From Trypanosoma brucei (taxonomy: Eukaryota), in the NCBI GenBank assembly GCA_000002445.1, contig CH464491.1, positions 448,001 to 512,000 on the forward strand: 64,000 bases of DNA, in the 5' to 3' direction. The notes below the pieces were generated by a model. It was not told the DNA's origin. It searched no databases and was given only the letters and a program-made list of their open reading frames with translations. The translations under genes were made by a program, and so were the position numbers. Positions 57,113 through 64,000 of this stretch are shown piece after piece (the first letter of the stretch is position 1; each line of letters starts with the position of its first letter).

Positions 57113-58338
57113 GAAGCGATTGTCTCACGACGCAGGCTCAGCAAATTTGGCTATAGCCTACAAACAGAGAAGTGGACACTACACGTAAACAAGAAGAAAA
57201 GGGAAAGAAAAAGAAAAGATTCAAAAAAAAGAGAAGAAGGGGAAGTAATCATAACTAAAAATGCTAACGAGAGAGAAATAAAAACAGTGGAAGAATCCAA
57301 ACATCACACAACCTGTCGTTTATGGTTTGCTAATGTTGCCGCGTGTATGTACTTTCTTGCCCTCGCCACTGAAGAGCTAAACACCATCTTGCAAACGGAA
57401 GTTTTCTCTAAACAAAGATTGATTTATTGGCAAATGTATCATATGCCCTGTTCACATATTTCTTGTATGTCTGCTCGTATTCCTCCTCTTCCTCCGTTCA
57501 GGCTCTATGTGACACTCAAACCCAAAATGCGCGGCAGTATATTTGCGAACATAAGTGTGGGTCGCATGGTTGGATATGAAGCAGCTTGGAGTTCCACATA
57601 CTCAAAGAGAAAAAGATAACTGCATCTGCTTCATATCCAACCATGCGCCTTTTTCTTTCTCTCTCAGTCCTGTCAGACACATACACAGCTCCGTCGGGTG
57701 TGGAGGAGTTTCCCGGGCACACGGCACTGCGTCAAACCCACAGCGGCAACAAAAAGAGAAGGAAAAGCAGACTGTGAGTGAAAAAAAAAAAAGCGGCACG
57801 GCGCATTTGCTCAGCAAAACCAAAGGGAAAGGGGGACCTTTGTTTATCTTATTCACTACGTATGTATACGCATATATATATATATATATATATATAATGA
57901 ATAAAATGAAAGGGAGGAGAATTCAGACAAAATTTAAATGCACCAGCACCAACCCACTGTACGATCAGCAACAACACAAAACACTACCAAACGCTGGTAT
58001 GCCGGAGGGACAAGCGAAGCAAGTATGACCACGATTTTCTCCTGGAAGTTTTCAAGTCCTTGATCGTGATTCTTTTCTTCATTAATTCTAAAGAAATGAT
58101 GACCATAACTATTTTTTTTTCTCCAGTAACACTATTCTTTTTTTTTCTTTTCCTTTGCCCTCCTCCACTAAAGCGAGCACACGTATCATTGTCGTCTATA
58201 TATATATATATATATATATTTACATATATATGTACAGGCGTATATGCAAACACTTCAATAAATCCCCCCTTGGCCAACGCAGGCACCAGTTCGTATGTGT
58301 TTCCAACCCCTTTTTGTTCCTCTACGAGCATATCCTTT

Positions 58339-60741
58339 CTATATTCCCGGGAGGTCAATTTCATCTCCACTGCTTTGCACCGCCTTTTTTCGGGCCACCG
58401 AGGACTGCGACTCACCCACGATGTCGTCCTCATCGGCACCTGACAAGGTCGACTTATCGCCCAGCCCAACTGTTGCGCGTCGTCCGGCGGTGGCTGCACC
58501 GGGGGCCGCGCTAGTGGGTGAAACCGTCTTTGCACCGTCATCGTCGTCAGCGCCGCCACTCACGGCACTGTCTTCCACCTGGCGGCGCTCTTCTAATTTC
58601 TTTACTTTCATGAACCACTCATTTGCTTCATCGATCAAACCAGCATCCTTACATAGGTGAACCAGATACCGCAAGCACTCAAGGTTCTCCGGGTACTTAC
58701 GGTGAAGCGCCTCGTAGAGTCGCTTGGCCTGCACGTAATCTCCGCGGCGGCGATGACACGAGGCGACCATGAGTTGCCACTTCACCTCCTGTGGTTGAAT
58801 TTGTGAGGCACGCTCAAAGAATTGAATGGCCTTGTCGTACACCTCATTCTTCACAAAGTAAGCACCAAGCCAAGAGATAACATCCATATTCACCTGGAAG
58901 TAGCGATAAGCCTCCAAATAATAATGGAACGCTTGACTGTCGTCCCCTTCGCGAGCGTAGAGGGAACCCATACGTGCCAAAATATTAGGATCGGTCGGAA
59001 CACGGCCAACAAGCCTATTAAACCACTCAGAGGTGGCAGGACTGCTCACTAGATCGCTGATATCAGCAATCTGATATACAATTTCATGGCTATCAACTAG
59101 CGACTGGCCCCGCTTGAACATCTTCAAGGCTTCCTCGTACAAGCCAAGCCGCTTCGCTGTGAGTCCGAGGTTATATATAGCTTCAATGTTGTCGGCCTCA
59201 ACGGCAAGCGCATCATTGTAGTAAGTTCGTGCCTTTTCATAATCAGCTTTGATGAAGAAGAAATTTCCCTTGTTAACAAGCGCTCTTGCATTGTAACGGT
59301 TTGCTTCAAGACTCATATCGCTATACCTCTCGCCACTTTCATAATCCCCTTCCAGGAAGTACAAGTATGCTAAATTCGTTGCCGCTCGCGCCCGCAGTAA
59401 CTTATCCTTCTTCTCGAAAGCCTTCAGTCCCTCGGTAGCTTCCTTGTAACTGTTATGCTTCAGGTAGTAGAGGCATTTGCACATCTCCAATTCACTTGCC
59501 AAATGCGACGAGGAGTCACGCATCTCGTAATGGCGGAGACGTTCAATTAAGTAATCATACCCAGCACGCCAATCCTTTTCGATGACGGGGGCAATCAACC
59601 GAGCAGCCGTCATAATACAGTAAAGAAAGTGTGTACGTTCCTCCTTAATCTTCTCCCGCAAAGAGTCGTCTACGAGAACATCCTTTTCCCCCTCCTCGAT
59701 TTCGTCTTCCCCTTCCGCACCGAGTGTTTTAAATGTTAACATCTTCTGGAATGTCCGCTTCATCCGCTCGGTTTCACCCAATGCATAGTAACACAAAAGG
59801 AGGTTAAAGGCCGCGTCGATGTCACCGTTCCCTTCCATAATGGCTTCGTAACTGCTCACCGCATCGCGATACTGCCCAAGTTTCACAAACGCATTGCCAA
59901 CGTTTCTCATAAGTTTATAGCGCAGTTCCTTGGAAGCCGACGGAGTCTCGTCCAACGTCATTCGGTACATTTTAATGGCAAGCAAATACTTATTTTGTGC
60001 GGCGTAAATATTTCCCATATTTACCCGAAGCCGTGAAGCATATGGAAACTGCAGATTGCGGATAATTAAATTATATGTGTTCAGTGCCTCGGTATACATT
60101 TGGTGGTTCTGGTACTGAACCGCTAGGTTAAAGTGCACGGCGTAAGTGAGGTCAGAGTTGATTTGATCCGCAAGGCCCAAGTTCTCACGCTGCTTGCAGA
60201 GGAAGCGCTCCTTCTTACCGGCTTCTTTCGCCTTCTCTAATGCGCCTCCGTAGTCTTTGCGCAGTGCCAATACAGCGCTCTCCTCAATGAGTTTGTGCGT
60301 CATTTTTTCAATTTCCACGCACTGCTCCTCGGGGCTGTTCTCCCCCCGCTTCTTGAGTGGTGGTGCCGGCCCCATTGCCATTGCCGTACGGCCCTGTCCT
60401 GTTGGGTCAAACACTGCACCATTAACATTGCGTCCCTTCGCTGCATTAAAGCCAACTCCGCGGTTGGACGTCATGGGTCGGGCCGCAGCTCCGCCAAAGT
60501 TTTCTAAGCGGCTACCGGGAACGCCCCACGCTGAGCCACCGCTCTCTCCACCCCACTTTGACGGAGGCGCCTGCATGAGCGGGTTCTTCACTCCTCCAGG
60601 ACCTCCATTGGCACCAGCTGGCATGCCTCGTGGGAAGCCCTGAGTCCCGCCCTGCGCCATGTCACCGAACGCATCTTGCATCTCCGGTTCAAATGAAGCA
60701 TAAATATCTTCCTCCATGCCGTCACCCTGTTGTAAGTCCAT
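58339..60741 (-). CDS. IFT88: Intraflagellar transport protein 88 (IFT88/Tg737), a TPR-repeat protein.
   Basis: 800 aa of TPR repeats. The block AIKMYRMTLDETPSASKELRYKLMRNVGNAFVKLGQYRDAVSSYEAIMEG...AAFNLLLCYYALGETERMKRTFQKML matches human IFT88 IKMYRMALDQVPSVNKQMRIKIMQNIGVTFIQAGQYSDAINSYEHIM...AGYNLTICYFAIGDREKMKKAFQKLI. Confidence 0.85.
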   Translation of the reverse strand: MDLQQGDGMEEDIYASFEPEMQDAFGDMAQGGTQGFPRGMPAGANGGPGGVKNPLMQAPPSKWGGESGGSAWGVPGSRLENFGGAAARPMTSNRGVGFNAAKGRNVNGAVFDPTGQGRTAMAMGPAPPLKKRGENSPEEQCVEIEKMTHKLIEESAVLALRKDYGGALEKAKEAGKKERFLCKQRENLGLADQINSDLTYAVHFNLAVQYQNHQMYTEALNTYNLIIRNLQFPYASRLRVNMGNIYAAQNKYLLAIKMYRMTLDETPSASKELRYKLMRNVGNAFVKLGQYRDAVSSYEAIMEGNGDIDAAFNLLLCYYALGETERMKRTFQKMLTFKTLGAEGEDEIEEGEKDVLVDDSLREKIKEERTHFLYCIMTAARLIAPVIEKDWRAGYDYLIERLRHYEMRDSSSHLASELEMCKCLYYLKHNSYKEATEGLKAFEKKDKLLRARAATNLAYLYFLEGDYESGERYSDMSLEANRYNARALVNKGNFFFIKADYEKARTYYNDALAVEADNIEAIYNLGLTAKRLGLYEEALKMFKRGQSLVDSHEIVYQIADISDLVSSPATSEWFNRLVGRVPTDPNILARMGSLYAREGDDSQAFHYYLEAYRYFQVNMDVISWLGAYFVKNEVYDKAIQFFERASQIQPQEVKWQLMVASCHRRRGDYVQAKRLYEALHRKYPENLECLRYLVHLCKDAGLIDEANEWFMKVKKLEERRQVEDSAVSGGADDDDGAKTVSPTSAAPGAATAGRRATVGLGDKSTLSGADEDDIVGESQSSVARKKAVQSSGDEIDLPGI

Positions 60742-61424
60742 CTGCAGTAACTCACCACGAACTTACTCGAATAAATGTATAATATATGATGATGAATAGG
60801 CCTGTCCTCTCTTACCTTGTACCCTCCACTTCAAGCAGTAAAGAACCCCTCTCTGATATTGCTGTCGGTGACGGCGTTGCAACAAATGATAATAAAAAAT
60901 ATTCTTTTCTTTATTTCGACTCAAATTCCTCCAACTTACCCTCTCAGCTAACTGGCTCTCTCCTACTTTTTGCGTTGTTCTTCAAATTCCCACTTGGAAT
61001 CTACCAACGTGGAAAAAAAAAGACGAAAAACAAGGAAGAAATAGGGGGAAATGCTAAAGTGAAGTTAGGTAGCTCCGCCAAAATGAGTAAACGTAACAAC
61101 AAAAAATTGATTCAAACCCCACCTCAACCCATACACTTGAGGAGGACTCGGGAAAAGTGGTTGTTCGTACATGTCGGAAACGAAAAGCACCATCATAAAA
61201 ATTCTCAGAGAGCAAAAAAAAAAGACACGTATAACCTGACAAACACGTATCGACATATTTTATCGGCGTAATGTTCCTCCAGCAACCCCCACACTCAACA
61301 GCACTACTTTCCCCGCATATCTTAATTTCCCTGTCTCCGAACACTCCCTCGCTCCCCACACAAACGCAAACCCACACACACACACACACACACACACTTA
61401 ATTTAAGGTTGGTCTTTTAATGTA

Positions 61425-62720
61425 TTAGAAGGTTGGGGGCGGCAGCTGCCATTGAGTTTGGTTGCTATCGGGGTTCAATGGCATATGGTTCCCACCACTT
61501 GCCACACTTGCTATAGGATGATGAATTGCTGAAGGTTGCTGAGATTGATAACTAAATTGTTGTTGGTATGTGTGTTGCGGTGATAATGGTGGTTGTTGCA
61601 CTGTTGGTGGATGCGGTACACTTTGCGGGTACATCTGCTGGGGAAACGGACTACATCCTAAATTAGTTGTATTCACCATGTCTGAACCATAAGGTGGCTG
61701 CTGCGGACCACTGGAAAAATGTTGTTGAGCAACCTGAGAGTAAGATTCGGGACCCGGCGTCGGTGCTGAAGTCGTAGCGAAGTAGTCCGGAAGGGCGTAC
61801 TGCGGCCGGTGAGGAATATTCCCAGTAGATCGCTGCGTACCAAATGGACCATGACCATACGAACCCGGTTGCTGCGACAGACCAGAAACAAATGGCTGAC
61901 CACCTTGGTTCACACGGGACAGTGGCGCCCCCACAAAAGACGATGACCCGCGTTGCATTGGTGGCGGTGGCGGCAGCGGAACGGCCTTTTCCCCTGAACG
62001 CTCAAGTTCCTCCTCCTGCAAGCGCTGCTGGAACTCAGCCTTTATACTCTCCGGTGCATCGGGGCTCACGTTCCAGCGATTTAGCTCCTTATCAAAGTAG
62101 TACCAGTTCTTCGACACGGGGAGACCGTTTTCGTCCAACTCTACCTTATCACTGTTACACGCACTGTGGGCACCACTGTTGCATGCCCCACTGAAAGGAG
62201 CGTCCAAACCGAGGTTTCCCACACCCCCGTGGCTGTTATCACCGGAACCAAAAACAACATCCGTCAATTTGTGCAAGCATGTGTCTATCCTTGACGCACC
62301 AGCGGATCCTGGACGAGATTCTAACGTGGAACCATCTCCAGAGGCTCCGCGGCCGCCAATGTTAATGCCAAGTTTTGTGCTCAGCCAGCCAACAGCTTGC
62401 AGAGACATACGCTTAGAGTCGGTAGTTTCTATTCCAATCTTGCTACATGTGGGGTACAAAAAAAAAGTGTAAGGAAGGGAGGGAGGGAGGGGTGATAAAA
62501 ATAAATAATTCGGCTGGTTAGCCAACCCAGCAGTAATGATATTCCCGAGAAAGAAAATATAAGAAAAAATGTCCAAAAACAAATAACAATACTTTATGTG
62601 AAATAATAGGAACTCTGCAGACTGCAGTAAATAGTTCAGTACACTACACAATCCACTGCTCACGCACATGCACACAGACAACAGTGCAAGATTAGTTTCA
62701 ACAAACCGCGTGACATACAA
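61425..62720 (-). CDS. Hypothetical Pro/Gln/Ser-rich protein. The true start is probably internal, for example MSLQAVGWLSTKLG, because the first ~100 codons look like non-coding low complexity.
   Basis: ORF on the coding strand. The central segment KNWYYFDKELNRWNVSPDAPESIKAEFQQRLQEEELER is the only non-low-complexity region. Confidence 0.4.
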   Translation of the reverse strand: MYVTRFVETNLALLSVCMCVSSGLCSVLNYLLQSAEFLLFHIKYCYLFLDIFSYIFFLGNIITAGLANQPNYLFLSPLPPSLPYTFFLYPTCSKIGIETTDSKRMSLQAVGWLSTKLGINIGGRGASGDGSTLESRPGSAGASRIDTCLHKLTDVVFGSGDNSHGGVGNLGLDAPFSGACNSGAHSACNSDKVELDENGLPVSKNWYYFDKELNRWNVSPDAPESIKAEFQQRLQEEELERSGEKAVPLPPPPPMQRGSSSFVGAPLSRVNQGGQPFVSGLSQQPGSYGHGPFGTQRSTGNIPHRPQYALPDYFATTSAPTPGPESYSQVAQQHFSSGPQQPPYGSDMVNTTNLGCSPFPQQMYPQSVPHPPTVQQPPLSPQHTYQQQFSYQSQQPSAIHHPIASVASGGNHMPLNPDSNQTQWQLPPPTF

Positions 62721-64000
62721 AATTCGCCCTCAGGCAAGAACTGTTAGGGAAACTTTAATTATGCTGGCCTCTAGCCTTCACCACTGCGCGAAACCATTGT
62801 CTTTAGTGCGTCAACCCCATTCATCTCACCCCCTTGTCTTTCATGAAAGGGGAGTAAACTTAAGAAAAAAAAATAGTTTTAAAAAAAGGGAAATAAAAAC
62901 CTTCCACACAGGCTCCTCGTACCAAAAAAAGGCTACGCCCATAGCAACGGTCACGCATAGGCACGAAACAGCAAAAAAAAAACGGCACCTGCACACCCGA
63001 ACAAAAATACAGCGATCACACGAGCATATGGGGGGAAAAAAAAAGCATTCATATCAAAAGGACTCATTTAATCAACACCAACACGCAGGTCCAGGCACAT
63101 GCGAGGTAGCTCATATGGGGCCGCATCTGCGCCATGACAACCGCTGCATGCTACCCAGTTAACGGTATTTCACTCGTAAACTCACTATGTGTTCAAACAA
63201 ACAAAACTGATCCCAAAATATCAAAATAAAAATGAACAGAGAACAGGAAAAGGTCACCCCTCAGCTGTGTCAACGCATGTGAAGACCTTGTAAAACATAA
63301 ACATCGACAGAAAGTAAATAAGTGGAACAAAAAACGCCCCAACTCCCGCAAATACATCACTGGGGTGCACATACACAAAAAATCACCAGGAGTTCCAAAG
63401 AACAGCGGACAAGCGCCAGCAAATGTGAGGGCTGAGGAGGGAAAAAGACAAAGAAATGCGCGTGTGGTCATAAAATAGCTAGTGGTGGTGTCAACCCAAC
63501 CATCCAATACGATGAATGTAAGGAAAAAAAGAAAACGCAGCAAAGAGACCTCGTTTTTTGCAGATAGCGCCAATCCACACAAAGAGGGAAGCTGTGAGAA
63601 CACAGCAAAGCAGCGAGTCTTTACACAGAGTCACGTTTGTAGTTTGATAGTGGCTGACATCAAACCATTACCCAATAGACAATCGTCTTTTCGCATCGTA
63701 AAAGATGTGTCACCCCCTCACGCAGTGAGCAACACGCATTTCCGTTTCGTTCACTTTTCCTAAGCACAACTCGATAAGTCGCCGTACATTATCTCCTTCA
63801 GCGGTGGTTGGGCCCGACGACCGGAGTACCTGCAGCCGATATACTAGAAAACTACGAATGCACCCGAAGTTCCAGTTTGTCCCACCCATTAGTAAGTTCT
63901 CCACATGGTCGTGCCACGCACCAACATCATCACCAAATAACGTCAAACGCACCTCATCTCCCAGAAGCATCCAAAGTCGATTTGCGTCCCTACAGAAGGC

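Noticed and set aside
63710-63970. 86-aa minus-strand ORF at the right edge.
   Set aside because: It is too short and lacks a domain. It could be the 3' part of a gene starting beyond the window, but that cannot be judged from here.

Overview
This window looks like a kinetoplastid (Trypanosoma-like) nuclear chromosome segment. The evidence is: every convincing gene is intron-less and on the minus strand (about 25 genes, 5.8 to 62.7 kb) in one head-to-tail polycistronic unit; intergenic spacers carry (CA)n/(TA)n microsatellites and polypyrimidine tracts on the coding strand; and several proteins match ciliate/kinetoplastid housekeeping families. Recognisable products are isovaleryl-CoA dehydrogenase, an XRN-family 5'-3' exonuclease N-domain protein, an acireductone dioxygenase fused to a TRP14/TXNDC17-type thioredoxin-like domain, a TatD hydrolase, an NVL/Rix7-like double AAA ATPase, cysteine desulfurase (NFS/IscS), a divergent NSF-like AAA ATPase, an EXPERA-like 4-TM protein, IFT88, and two tandemly duplicated type-II membrane proteins showing patchy gene conversion. 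The left 5.8 kb has no credible CDS. It lies downstream of the last gene of the unit and contains a perfect 27-bp inverted repeat, a C15 tract and a (TG)9 tract. The most striking non-coding structure is a 5.2-copy tandem array of a roughly 988-bp unit (8435-13606) lying in a gap inside the polycistron. It has no coding capacity. Each copy carries, on the transcribed (minus) strand, at least three segments with C/D-box snoRNA architecture: C box, D' box, C' box and D box at typical spacings, two of them with short terminal stems. I read this as a tandemly reiterated snoRNA gene cluster of the kind known in trypanosomatids. Copy-to-copy differences are confined to a poly-G/poly-A tract and a (CATAAA)n tract. 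All homology and domain calls come from my own reading of the translated ORFs. No database search was run, so product names are hypotheses to be confirmed.
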